54,261 nt of DNA from Nocardioidaceae bacterium (GCA_035249775.1 DATFGA010000295.1:1-54261); one strand, 5' to 3'; shown: positions 30,480-39,637, counted from the stretch's first letter. The notes: generated from the letters alone by a model not told the origin. Program-made: numbers and translations.

Positions 30480-30680
30480 GTTGATGCACCCCTGGTCCCC
30501 ACCGGGCCACCGCCACTGGCGCTCGACCCCTGCTGAGGTCCTGCATGAGTTCTGCGGGGTCCGGTGGCCCAGGACACCCAGACCGGCTACAGGACTATGC
30601 GCCAGCGAGCGCCGATCAGTGAGCGACCGGCTGCGGGGTCCCGGGACCACCGGGTGGCTCCCCACTGCTGCAACAGCGAG
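30480..30680. ncRNA. Putative IS110 bridge/seek RNA region (strand uncertain, geometry favours minus)
   Basis: Structured non-coding left end with CATGAGTT and GGACTA matching the donor, and CAGTGAGCGAC and GCTCCC matching the target. Confidence 0.6.
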
Positions 30681-30689
30681 GAACCCAAG

Positions 30690-31931
30690 ATGAGTGTCAC
30701 CCCGATGAATGCGCCTGCGCGAGTTTGCGCGGGTGTGGACTGGGCCAAGGACGACCACGTCGTGTGCATCGTCGATGCCGACGGCGAAGCGATAGACAGA
30801 TTTAGCGTCAACCACACCGCAACCGGCCTGCGGCGTCTGGTCGCACTGCTGCTCAAGGCGGGCGTGGACGAGGTCGGCATCGAACGCCCCGACGGACCGG
30901 TAGTCGACGCGCTGCTCGCAGCCGAACTGACCGTGCTGGTCATCGCGCCCGCTCAGGTCAAGAACCTGCGCTCGCGCTACGGCTCCGCCGGCAACAAGGA
31001 CGACAGGTTCGACGCCTACGTGCTGGCCGACGTCATCCGCACCGACCGGCGTCGTCTGACCCCGTTGACCCGATCGACCCCAGCCAACCAGGCGCTGCGC
31101 TCGTCCGTGCGCGCCCGACGTGACCTGGTCGAGCACCGTGTCGCGGCCGCCAACCAGCTCCGTGCCCATCTGCAGGTCGTGTTCCCCGGCATCGTGGACC
31201 TGTTCACCGACCTGGACTCCGCGATCAGCCTCACCTTCCTGGAACGGTTCACCACCCAGGCCAAGGCCGACTGGCTCACACCTGAACGTCTCGGCACCTG
31301 GCTGCGGAAGGTCGCCTACTCCGGCCGGGTTGATCCCTCCGTGCTGCACGAACGGCTGCTGGCTGCGCCCCGTGGCACCACCGGCACCGAAGCGGTCCAC
31401 CACGCCGAAACCACACTCGCGTTCGTCGCGGTGCTGCGCACCCTGAACACCCAGATCGCCGCCCAGGCCGACTCGATTGCCCACCAGCTCGACGCCCACC
31501 CCGACAAGCACGTCGTGACCTCGCTGCCCCGCTCCGGCACCATCCGTGCCGCGCGGCTGCTGGCCGAGATCGGGGACGCCCGCGGCAGGTTCCCCACCGC
31601 CGACTCGCTGGCCTGCCTCGGTGGGGTTGCGCCGTCGACCAGGCAGTCCGGCAAGACCAAAGCCGTCACCTTCCGATGGGGAGCCGACAAAGAACTCAGA
31701 GGCGCGCTCTGCGACTTCGCCGACGGCTCCCGCCACGCCAACCCATGGGCCGCCGAGCTCTACAACCGAGCCCGGGCCCGCAACCACGACCATCCCCACG
31801 CAGTACGCATCCTGGCCAGAGCCTGGGTCGACATCATCTGGCGCTGCTGGCAAGACCGCGTCGCCTACGACCCCGACCAACACAGAGCCCTCCAACATGT
31901 CCTCGACCAAAACATCGAGAAGGCCGCCTGA
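30690..31931 (+). CDS. IS110 family DEDD transposase/recombinase (413 aa, intact)
   Basis: RuvC-like GVDWAK, IERP and KDDRFDA. Tnp domain LLAEIGD..RF, GVAPSTRQSGK. GAGGA SD. Confidence 0.95.
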   Translation: MSVTPMNAPARVCAGVDWAKDDHVVCIVDADGEAIDRFSVNHTATGLRRLVALLLKAGVDEVGIERPDGPVVDALLAAELTVLVIAPAQVKNLRSRYGSAGNKDDRFDAYVLADVIRTDRRRLTPLTRSTPANQALRSSVRARRDLVEHRVAAANQLRAHLQVVFPGIVDLFTDLDSAISLTFLERFTTQAKADWLTPERLGTWLRKVAYSGRVDPSVLHERLLAAPRGTTGTEAVHHAETTLAFVAVLRTLNTQIAAQADSIAHQLDAHPDKHVVTSLPRSGTIRAARLLAEIGDARGRFPTADSLACLGGVAPSTRQSGKTKAVTFRWGADKELRGALCDFADGSRHANPWAAELYNRARARNHDHPHAVRILARAWVDIIWRCWQDRVAYDPDQHRALQHVLDQNIEKAA

Positions 31932-32048
31932 AACGGCTGACGTTGACACAGGACAACTCATGCTCCCAGCATGACCCGCTGGAAGGGGTAAAGTCCTGTC
32001 CGTACGACGTGAATTCAAGGCAGTTCTTTGTTCGAAGGGAATAATTGA

Positions 32049-33284
32049 ATGGCAGAGACACCGGCTCGGCCCGGGCGGGGTGCGGCGGGTCTCGAGCTCG
32101 ACACCCGGATCGTGGACACGCTGCGTGCACGGCTGCCGGAGGTCGCCGAACAGACCGTGGCCGCGGTCACCGTCGAGGTTCCGGGCTATGCCGGTGCGCT
32201 CACCGGCGCGATGGGCGAGAACATCGAGAACGCGGTGCAGATGGCGCTTGGCGGGTTCCTGCGGCTGGCCGAGCACGCCAGGGGCTCGGACCCCAGCACA
32301 CCCCTCGAGCCGGCCCTGGACGCCGCCTACGCCCTCGGCCGCGGCGAGGCCCGGAGCGGTCGGACCATGGATGCGCTGCTGGCGGCATACCGGGTCGGTG
32401 CCCGGGTCTCCTGGCGCGAGCTGTCCTCGACCGCCGTCGACACGGGCGTCTCCCCCGCCACGCTGGCGAACTTCGCCGAGCTGGTGTTCGCCTACATCGA
32501 CGAGCTGTCCGCCGCAAGCGTCGCCGGTCATGCCGACGAGCTCGCCACCACCGGCCGGGTCCGTGAACGCTACCTGGACCGGTTGCTGAGGGCGCTGTTG
32601 TCCGGTGAGTCCGAGGCCACCCTGCTCGCGGGCGCGGAACGGGCCGACTGGACGCCCCCGCGCACGCTGACTCCGGTCCTTCTCCCCAGCACCCACCTGC
32701 GAGCGGTCGTCTCGCTGCTCGACCCGCGGACCCTGCAGTCGACCGATGACCTTCCCGGCCTCGAGGGGTCGGAGGAGACGGCCGCGCTGCTGGTCCCGGA
32801 CGTGCACGGTCCGGGTCGACAGCAGCTGGCGCGCGTGCTCCACGGTCGCCCCGCGGTGATGGGTCCGGCGCGGCCGTGGACACAGGTGGCGTCGTCGTAC
32901 CGGCGGGCAGTGCGGGCCTTCACGATGGAGCTGGGTCGAGACACCGGCCCAGGTCCGGTCGACACCGAGGAGCACCTGACCGACCTCCTGCTGGGCGCCG
33001 ACCGGGAGGCGTTGGACGACCTGCGCGAGCGCGTCCTGGAACCGCTCTCCGCGCTGCGGCCCGCGACCGCGGAGCGCCTGGCCGACACACTTCGCTCCTG
33101 GCTGCTGCACCACGGTCGTCGCGACGACGTCGCCGCGGACCTCTTCGTGCACGCGCAGACGGTCCGCTACCGGATGGGGCAGCTGCGGGAGCTGTACGGC
33201 GAGCGGCTGAACGACCCGCAGACGGTGCTGGAGCTGACCCTCGCGCTCGCCGATCGTCAGCGACCCGGAAGGCTGGCAGACTGA
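32049..33284 (+). CDS. PucR/CdaR family transcriptional regulator
   Basis: GRGEARSGRTMDALLAAYRVG, C-terminal LFVHAQTVRYRM HTH. Confidence 0.9.
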   Translation: MAETPARPGRGAAGLELDTRIVDTLRARLPEVAEQTVAAVTVEVPGYAGALTGAMGENIENAVQMALGGFLRLAEHARGSDPSTPLEPALDAAYALGRGEARSGRTMDALLAAYRVGARVSWRELSSTAVDTGVSPATLANFAELVFAYIDELSAASVAGHADELATTGRVRERYLDRLLRALLSGESEATLLAGAERADWTPPRTLTPVLLPSTHLRAVVSLLDPRTLQSTDDLPGLEGSEETAALLVPDVHGPGRQQLARVLHGRPAVMGPARPWTQVASSYRRAVRAFTMELGRDTGPGPVDTEEHLTDLLLGADREALDDLRERVLEPLSALRPATAERLADTLRSWLLHHGRRDDVAADLFVHAQTVRYRMGQLRELYGERLNDPQTVLELTLALADRQRPGRLAD

Positions 33285-33296
33285 CAGGTCAGGGAG

Positions 33297-33617
33297 GTGA
33301 GAGCGATGCGGCTGCTTCGCGGGCTTCTGGGTGCGTTGCTGTGGATCCTGGCGTCCCTGCTCGGGCTGGTCGCGGTGGTCCTGTGCGTGACGGTGATCCT
33401 GCTGCCGGTCGGCATCCCGCTGCTGATGCTGTCGCGGCGGATGTTCACCAAGGCCGTGCAGCTGCTCCTGCCACGGTCGATGTCGCACCCGGTCGAGGAG
33501 CTCGGCAAGTCGGCGCGGAAGAAGGGCCGCAAGGCCAAGCGGAAGCTTCCGGCCGCGGATGACATGGCCAAGAAGGGCCGCAAGGCAGCGCGCCGGCAGA
33601 GCAAGCGGCTCCTGTAG
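33297..33617 (+). CDS. Small membrane protein with Lys/Arg-rich tail
   Basis: LCVTVILLPVGIPLL hairpin followed by a basic C-terminus. Confidence 0.7.
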   Translation: MRAMRLLRGLLGALLWILASLLGLVAVVLCVTVILLPVGIPLLMLSRRMFTKAVQLLLPRSMSHPVEELGKSARKKGRKAKRKLPAADDMAKKGRKAARRQSKRLL

Positions 33618-33628
33618 TCGTCACTGGC

Positions 33629-34057
33629 TCAGGGCCTGCGCCGCAGTCCCATGATGAGCACGCCACCGACCAGGATGTGCTGTGACGCGAGAGCCGCCGT
33701 CGCGGAGGCACTGGTGGCTGCCGAGGTCCCGAGCAGCGACACCAGGAGGACGAGTCCGGCGGTGACGGTCCAGATGCTGCGGGCCTTGGCAGAGCATCGC
33801 TCCAGCAGCGCGAGCAGCGCCCACCCGGCCAGACCGGAGGCCAGGGCGGCAACCATGGCCGCGTCCGGGCCGACCGACTGGACGGCACCGTCGTCTGCCG
33901 TGCGGACGGTCAGCTCGACTCCTGCCAGCGGATCGAGCGCCACCCAGCCGAGCAGGGCGGCGACCATCGCGACCAGCACGGTCACCGCACGGGTGCGTCG
34001 CCGCGTCGCTCGGGCCGCTCGCAGGTTCAGGTGAGGAGTGGTGTGGGTCGTGGTCAT
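33629..34057 (-). CDS. DUF6069-like 4-TM protein
   Basis: GGAGG SD, AGWALLALLER, W, and a C-terminal H in the last TM. Confidence 0.7.
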   Translation of the reverse strand: MTTTHTTPHLNLRAARATRRRTRAVTVLVAMVAALLGWVALDPLAGVELTVRTADDGAVQSVGPDAAMVAALASGLAGWALLALLERCSAKARSIWTVTAGLVLLVSLLGTSAATSASATAALASQHILVGGVLIMGLRRRP

Positions 34058-34159
34058 GAATACCTCCGGAAACGGCCGTATGGCGCTCGGTTGACTGACC
34101 GGACAACAGTCGCCGGGAACGGCCTGCCGCGGCATCGGCCGCAGGTCTACGGGCCACCG

Positions 34160-34190
34160 GACCAAGGTCGGAACCGGGTCGACCTTGGTC
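34160..34190. promoter_or_regulatory. Inverted repeat, candidate response-regulator operator
   Basis: GACCAAGGTCG-N9-CGACCTTGGTC. A related GACCAAAGTCG lies at 36086-36096. Confidence 0.55.
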
Positions 34191-34209
34191 GGTCGCCCGC
34201 TTGGGGGGC

Positions 34210-34872
34210 TCAGGCGAGCCGAGCATCGTGAGCGAGCAGCGCCACCTGGGTGCGGTTGGTCGCACCGAGCTTGACCAGGATCTGGGTGACGTGCGCCTTG
34301 ACGGTGGCGACGCTGAGGTACATCTGGTCGGCGATCTCGGCGTTCGTCCGGCCCTGACCGATCGCGCGGACCACCTCACGCTCCCGCTCGCTCAGTCGCG
34401 CCAGCGTCTCCCGTGCGTCCTGGGCGGTCCGGGCGTGTCCCACGGCGTGGTCGATCAAACGCCGGGTCACGGACGGGGAGAGGATGGACTCCCCCGCTGC
34501 GACACGGAGCACCGCGTCGGTGATCTGCTGCGGCGGAGTGTCCTTGAGCAGGAAGCCAGTGGCTCCGCTGTGCAGGGCGGCGAGGATCTCCTCGTCGGAG
34601 TCGAACGTGGTCAGCACTATCACCTCGGGCGCACCGGGACGGGCACGGACCCGCGCGGTGGCCCGCACGCCGTCCATCCTGGGCATCCGCAGGTCCATCA
34701 GCACGATGTCGACGCCGTGTCGGTCCAGTGCGGCGGGCACCTCGTCACCGTCGGCGGCCTCCCCGGCGACCACGATGCCCTGCGCACCGTCGAGCATCAT
34801 CGTCAGCCCGGCCCGCACGAGGGGGTCGTCGTCGACGATCAGCACCCGCACCGACGTACTCACGGCTGCCAC
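34210..34872 (-). CDS. NarL/LuxR family response regulator
   Basis: VDDDPLVR, DIVLMDLRMP, LuxR HTH. Confidence 0.93.
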   Translation of the reverse strand: MAAVSTSVRVLIVDDDPLVRAGLTMMLDGAQGIVVAGEAADGDEVPAALDRHGVDIVLMDLRMPRMDGVRATARVRARPGAPEVIVLTTFDSDEEILAALHSGATGFLLKDTPPQQITDAVLRVAAGESILSPSVTRRLIDHAVGHARTAQDARETLARLSEREREVVRAIGQGRTNAEIADQMYLSVATVKAHVTQILVKLGATNRTQVALLAHDARLA

Positions 34873-36074
34873 GGTAGCCAGGCTCGCACCCGGAACTCAT
34901 CCGCGGTGCGCTCGTGATCGAAGCGCCCGCCGACGATCCGCACCCGCTCGGCGAGGCCGACGAGACCGGTCGAGGAACCCGGTATCCCGGTCGAGGCGGT
35001 CGGCCCGGGCAGCGGGTTGGTCACCTCGACCACCAGCCCCGCCTGCTCGTCCCCGAGCCGGACCAGGACGGGGCAGCCGGGTGCGTGCTTGCGGGCGTTG
35101 GTGAGCGCCTCCTGGACGATCCGGTACGTCGTGCGCGCGGTCGTGCCCGCGACCGGACGCTCGACGTCGTCGACGAGCTCGACCGGTGACCCGGCTTCGC
35201 GGGCCTGGTCCACCAGCTCGGCAAGGTCGTCGAGACCGGCTTGCGGGCGGACGGTGAACCCGTCGGAGCCGGGTGCCTCGTAGCGCAGCACCTCGACGAC
35301 CTCCCGCACCTCGTCGAGGGCTTGGTGCACGCCGTCCCGGACCACCCCGGCGGCACGAGAGAGCTGCTCCGGTGGGGCGTCGGGACGGAACTCCAGCGCA
35401 CCCGCGTAGGTGGCGAGCAGGGAGAGCCGGTGGGCGAGCACGTCGTGCATCTCCCGGGCGATCCGGGTGCGCTCCTCGACACGTGCCTCGCGCACCATCC
35501 GGTCCCGGTCCGCCTCGGCGCGCGCGGCGCGTTCACGCAGCGAGCTGAGCAGCTGCTCTCGCGCCTGCGCGTGCGCGCCCCAGCCGAGCAGCGCGGCATG
35601 GGCGACGACGACGAGCACCACCCACCAGCCGAGCGGCAAGTCGGGCATCGAACGCCACAGCCCGCGAAGCGTGTGCGTGACCACGCCCGCCGCAGCGACC
35701 CAGATCGCCGTCCGAAGCGGCTTCGTCCGGGCGACGTACAGTGTGGCCAGCGTGGCCGCCGGTGTGGCCACGGGTGAGACGGCCGCCAGGGCCGCGAGCA
35801 CCAGGGCGGTGGGCACCGGCCGTCGGAACAGCACCGGAAGAAGCACAACCCCGAGCAGCCCGGCCGCCACGTCGACGACGACGAGCATCGCGGACGGTGC
35901 CGGCTCGGCCTGCAGCTCCGCGAGCAACGTGGCCAGCTCGAGGACGATCAGCGCGACCATCACATAACCGACGGTCACCGGCGCCGGAGCGCGCGGCTCC
36001 GGGCAGGTCGGAACGGGCGGTTGGAGATCCGTCGTGGCGTTCGTCATCTCCCCGAGGGTAGGAGCGGTCGTCAT
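34860..36074 (-). CDS. Sensor histidine kinase (HisKA_3)
   Basis: ERTRIAREMHDVLAH, QEALTNARKH, GLVGLAER. Start uncertain. Confidence 0.9.
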   Translation of the reverse strand: MTTAPTLGEMTNATTDLQPPVPTCPEPRAPAPVTVGYVMVALIVLELATLLAELQAEPAPSAMLVVVDVAAGLLGVVLLPVLFRRPVPTALVLAALAAVSPVATPAATLATLYVARTKPLRTAIWVAAAGVVTHTLRGLWRSMPDLPLGWWVVLVVVAHAALLGWGAHAQAREQLLSSLRERAARAEADRDRMVREARVEERTRIAREMHDVLAHRLSLLATYAGALEFRPDAPPEQLSRAAGVVRDGVHQALDEVREVVEVLRYEAPGSDGFTVRPQAGLDDLAELVDQAREAGSPVELVDDVERPVAGTTARTTYRIVQEALTNARKHAPGCPVLVRLGDEQAGLVVEVTNPLPGPTASTGIPGSSTGLVGLAERVRIVGGRFDHERTADEFRVRAWLPWQP

Positions 36075-36218
36075 GCTTCGGTACCGACCAAAGTCGAGAC
36101 CTCGGAGGCTTGAGGCTTTGCCGGTCGGCGTGGCGCGGATCACGCCGCGAGAGGAAATGTCCCAGACGGACACGCTTGTTCCTTCAAGTGACCTCTCCTG
36201 CTGAAAGGCCTCTCTGAC

Positions 36219-37526
36219 ATGCTCGCTGCACTGCGCAGGACCCCGTTCTGGGTCCAGATCGTCGCCGGCCTCGTGCTCGGTGTCACCCTCGGGCTGATCG
36301 CCCGGACGTATGACGTCGCCTGGCTGGCCACCGGCCTCGAGACCCTCGGTGGCGTGTTCGTCGGGCTGCTCAAGGCCGCTGTCCCTCCGCTGGTGTTCAC
36401 CGCCATCGTGGTCAGCATCGCGAACCTGCGACAGGTCGCGAACGCCGCACGACTGGCGACGCAGACCCTGGTCTGGTTCATGATCACCTCGCTGATCGCC
36501 GTCACGATCGGCATCGGCCTCGGCCTGTTGACCAACCCCGGCCTCTCCGCGGAGGTCAGCACGGAGGGGGCGGCGTACGACGGCGGCACCGGCTCGTGGC
36601 TCGACTTCCTCACCGGACTCGTTCCGCAGAACTTCCTCGGACTCTCTGCGGAGGACGGGGCCCTGTCCTTCAACGTGCTGCAGATCGTCGTGGTGGCGCT
36701 CGCCATCGGCGCCGCCGCCCTGAAGGCAGGCGAGAAGGCCGAGCCGTTCGTCGGGTTCATGCGGTCCGCCCTTGCGGTGATCCAGCAGGTGCTGTGGTGG
36801 ATCATCCTGCTCGCACCGATCGGCACCCTCGGCCTGATCGGCCGCGCGGTCGCCACCTACGGCTGGGAGCTCGTCGCGCCGCTGGCCACGTTCACCTTCG
36901 ACGTCTACCTCGGCTGCGCGATCGTGCTCTTCGTGGTCTACCCGCTGATCGCGCGCTTCCACGGCCTGTCCCCGGCGAAGTACTTCTCCGGTGCGTGGCC
37001 GGCGATCCAGCTGGCGTTCGTCTCCCGGTCGTCGGTGGGCACCATGCCGCTGACCCAGCGGGTGACCACCCGCAACCTCGGGGTGCCGACGGAGTACGCC
37101 TCGTTCGCGGTGCCGTTCGGCGCCACCACCAAGATGGACGGCTGCGCAGCCATCTACCCGGCGCTCGCGGCGATCACCGTGGCGCAGATCTTCGGGATCC
37201 AGCTCGGCATCCAGGACTACCTGCTGATCGCGTTCGTGTCGGTGATCGGCTCCGCGGCCACCGCCGGCCTCACCGGCGCGGTGGTGATGCTGACGCTGAC
37301 CCTGTCGACGCTCGGTCTGCCGCTCGAGGGCGTCGCGCTGCTGCTGGCCATCGACCCGATCCTCGACATGATGCGTACGGCGACCAACGTGGCCGGTCAG
37401 GCGCTGGTGCCGACCATCGTGGCCAAGCGCGAGGGCATCCTCGACCTCGACGCCTACAACGCACCGCGCGGGGACGGGCTGCCCGACGAGGAGCCCGAGC
37501 CGGCGCTGCAGCCGGCGCTCGGCTGA
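36219..37526 (+). CDS. Dicarboxylate/amino acid:cation symporter (DAACS)
   Basis: AFVSRSSVGTMP, GATTKMDG, DMMRTATNV. Confidence 0.92.
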   Translation: MLAALRRTPFWVQIVAGLVLGVTLGLIARTYDVAWLATGLETLGGVFVGLLKAAVPPLVFTAIVVSIANLRQVANAARLATQTLVWFMITSLIAVTIGIGLGLLTNPGLSAEVSTEGAAYDGGTGSWLDFLTGLVPQNFLGLSAEDGALSFNVLQIVVVALAIGAAALKAGEKAEPFVGFMRSALAVIQQVLWWIILLAPIGTLGLIGRAVATYGWELVAPLATFTFDVYLGCAIVLFVVYPLIARFHGLSPAKYFSGAWPAIQLAFVSRSSVGTMPLTQRVTTRNLGVPTEYASFAVPFGATTKMDGCAAIYPALAAITVAQIFGIQLGIQDYLLIAFVSVIGSAATAGLTGAVVMLTLTLSTLGLPLEGVALLLAIDPILDMMRTATNVAGQALVPTIVAKREGILDLDAYNAPRGDGLPDEEPEPALQPALG

Positions 37527-37547
37527 AGCCATCGATCACCGTCATGG

Positions 37548-37575
37548 AGGTCCCTCTCCGCAAGGAGGGGGACCT
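37548..37575 (+). terminator. Hairpin terminator
   Basis: AGGTCCCTCTCC-GCAA-GGAGGGGGACCT directly after the symporter. Confidence 0.7.
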
Positions 37576-37642
37576 TCGTGCTTCCTCGGGCGATCTCATC
37601 GAGGGGCTGACGAGGGCGCGGGGCTCGGGTTAGCGTGCCGAT

Positions 37643-38023
37643 GTGAGACGCCCGCACGAGAACGTTGCCACCGTGCTGGTGGACCCCTGCGTTCTCGGCT
37701 ACTTCGAGCTCGAGCTGATGACGCTGGATCTGCCGGTGTGGCCGGTGAGCACCGCGCCGATCTACACCGACGGGCCGCGCATGGCGTTCCAGATCCGTCA
37801 CCGACTGCTCATGAAGCACCGTGGAGAGTGGGACCTCGCCTCCGGGTGGACGCCGGTGTGGATCGGGTTCGGGCCCTCCTGGCGCAACGGGGACGAGCCG
37901 CTGCCCTGGGCTGCCCACGCGGCGCTGTGGGATGCGCTGGACTCCTACGCGGAGCATGTGCGGTATCACCGCCGGCTCGGCGGCATCCCCCGGTTGTCCC
38001 TTCCCAGGGACGTGCACCCCTGA
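37643..38023 (+). CDS. Hypothetical Trp-rich protein (126 aa)
   Basis: Globular-looking composition. Fills the gap between the terminator and the serA end. Confidence 0.65.
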   Translation: MRRPHENVATVLVDPCVLGYFELELMTLDLPVWPVSTAPIYTDGPRMAFQIRHRLLMKHRGEWDLASGWTPVWIGFGPSWRNGDEPLPWAAHAALWDALDSYAEHVRYHRRLGGIPRLSLPRDVHP

Positions 38024-38031
38024 CGGGCCAC

Positions 38032-39228
38032 CTACGACCAGGTCCGCGTCCACAGACAGTGCTCGGAGCTGCGCAGCTGGTCCACGGCCGCTGCGGAGAG
38101 CGGCGCCGACGAGTCGGTGACGACGTAGCCAAGCGCATCCCGGGTCGACAGGTGCTGACCGGTGACGTTGTCCTCGTCCGCGGCGAACAACGCGTTGAGC
38201 TTGGCCAGCACACCGGGGACGTTGTGGTGCAGGAAACCCAGGCGGTGCCCGGCAGCCAGCGGCGGAGCAGTCACCTCAGGAAGGTTGACCGACAGCGCGG
38301 TGCTCCCTGCAGTCGCGAAGCCGACGAGCTTCTCGGCCACGAACCAACCGATCTCCGCCTGCGCCTCTTGGGTGGAGCCACCCACGTGGGGCGTCAGGAT
38401 GACGTTGTCGAGTCCACGGAGCACCGACTCGAACGCATCCCCTTGAGTCTTAGGCTCGACCGGGAAGACATCGATGGCGGCGCCGGCGATGTGTCCCGAC
38501 AGCAGGTGGTCGCGCAGGGAGACGTCGTCCACCACCATCCCGCGCGACGCGTTGATGAACATGGATCGCGGCTTCATGGCAGCGAACTGTTCCGGCCCGA
38601 AGAAGCCGGCGTTGCCGGGCCGCCCGTCGACGTGGAGGCTGACCACGTCGGCGACACCGAGCAGCTCCTCCAGCGAGCGCATCCGGCGAGCGTTGCCGTG
38701 GGCCGGACGGTCCGCTCGGTCATAGAAGACCACGTGCATGCCCAGGGACTCGGCGAGGTTGGACAGCTGGGTCCCGATGTTGCCGTAGCCCACGATCCCC
38801 AGCGTCCGGCCGCGTACCTCGTGGCTGCCCCGCGCCGACTTGTCCCACACGCCGTCGTGCATGCGTTGGGTCTTCTCGGGCAGCCGCCGAGCGAGCGCGA
38901 TGATCTCGCCGATCACGAGCTCCACCACACTGCGGGTGTTGGAGTAGGGCGCGTTGAACACCGCGATGCCGCCCGCTGTGGCCGCCGTCAGGTCGACCTG
39001 GTTGGTGCCGATGCAGAAGCAGCCGATCGCTTGCAGGTCCGCCGCGGCCTTCAGGACTCGTTCGGTCACCGTCGTGTTCGAGCGGATCCCGAGCAGGTCC
39101 ACGCCGGCCAACGACTCGACCAGCTCCCCCTCGGCCAGGGAACCTGTACGAAGATCCACGTCGTAGCCGCGGCCCTCGAGGACCTCGACGGCCGCCGGAT
39201 GGATGTTCTCCAGGAGTAGGGCTTTCAT
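38032..39228 (-). CDS. serA: D-3-phosphoglycerate dehydrogenase (short type with ACT domain)
   Basis: GCFCIGTNQVD, GYGNIG, INASRG, TPHVGGST, HHNVPGVL. Confidence 0.93.
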   Translation of the reverse strand: MKALLLENIHPAAVEVLEGRGYDVDLRTGSLAEGELVESLAGVDLLGIRSNTTVTERVLKAAADLQAIGCFCIGTNQVDLTAATAGGIAVFNAPYSNTRSVVELVIGEIIALARRLPEKTQRMHDGVWDKSARGSHEVRGRTLGIVGYGNIGTQLSNLAESLGMHVVFYDRADRPAHGNARRMRSLEELLGVADVVSLHVDGRPGNAGFFGPEQFAAMKPRSMFINASRGMVVDDVSLRDHLLSGHIAGAAIDVFPVEPKTQGDAFESVLRGLDNVILTPHVGGSTQEAQAEIGWFVAEKLVGFATAGSTALSVNLPEVTAPPLAAGHRLGFLHHNVPGVLAKLNALFAADEDNVTGQHLSTRDALGYVVTDSSAPLSAAAVDQLRSSEHCLWTRTWS

Positions 39229-39268
39229 GGCGTCACCGTATGTGCACAGCGGGCACCACCGAAAGCGG

Positions 39269-39637
39269 TCACGATGTTTGATCAAGCAGCCATGAGGGTC
39301 CGACGGACGAGCCGCCGGCCGCCGCGACCCGTTCCCGCAGCGCGCGGTCGGCGGTGACGACCACAACGTCGTTCCCGTCCGTGCTTCGCGTGCGAACCTG
39401 CTCCACGATCGCATCGTCGCCGGAGCCGGGAGCGTGCACCGTGTGGAGCACGCCGTCCTCGCCGACCGGCTGACCACGCTTGGCCTCTCCCTCGAGGACC
39501 AGCACGACCACGTCGTAGGCCAGGTCCGCCGCGGCGATCGCCTCGTGGAGTCGGTGAGCGGCCCCTGCACGGTCACGCCACCAGCCGTTCGGCCGGCTGC
39601 CGACCACGTTCGCGCCGTCGACGATGAGCACGTCCAC
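39269..39637 (-). CDS. NYN/YacP-like PIN-fold nuclease
   Basis: IVDGANVVGSRPNGWW, SGDDAI, VVTADRAL acidic motifs. Confidence 0.8.
   Translation of the reverse strand: MDVLIVDGANVVGSRPNGWWRDRAGAAHRLHEAIAAADLAYDVVVLVLEGEAKRGQPVGEDGVLHTVHAPGSGDDAIVEQVRTRSTDGNDVVVVTADRALRERVAAAGGSSVGPSWLLDQTS

Larger units (their letters stand above)
30438..31961 (-). other. hed-like antisense ORF spanning the whole IS (507 codons)
   Basis: ATG at the right boundary (MSCPVST...). The TGA overlaps the xylA GTG (GTGA). Expression is not shown. Confidence 0.45.
30444..31962 (+). mobile_element. IS110-family insertion sequence, about 1519 bp, TG core
   Basis: TG dinucleotide at both junctions (30442-43 and 31961-62). 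No terminal inverted repeats. Joining the ends gives TTGACA-N17-TACCTT. Internal segments match both flanks. Confidence 0.8.

Noticed and set aside
32024-32048. TTGTTC-N5-GAATAA as a XylR (ROK) operator for xylA
   Set aside because: Imperfect, and equally explained as the pucR-like gene's own promoter or operator. It cannot be assigned.
31962-33488. N-terminal half of the 1016-aa minus-strand ORF
   Set aside because: Antisense shadow of the pucR-like gene. Only the part from ATG 31961 has boundary-linked support.
36075-37532. 890-aa kinase ORF as a giant fusion
   Set aside because: The extension is the antisense shadow of the DAACS symporter. The same applies to the extensions of the AKR, LuxR, serA, ychF and oxidoreductase ORFs.
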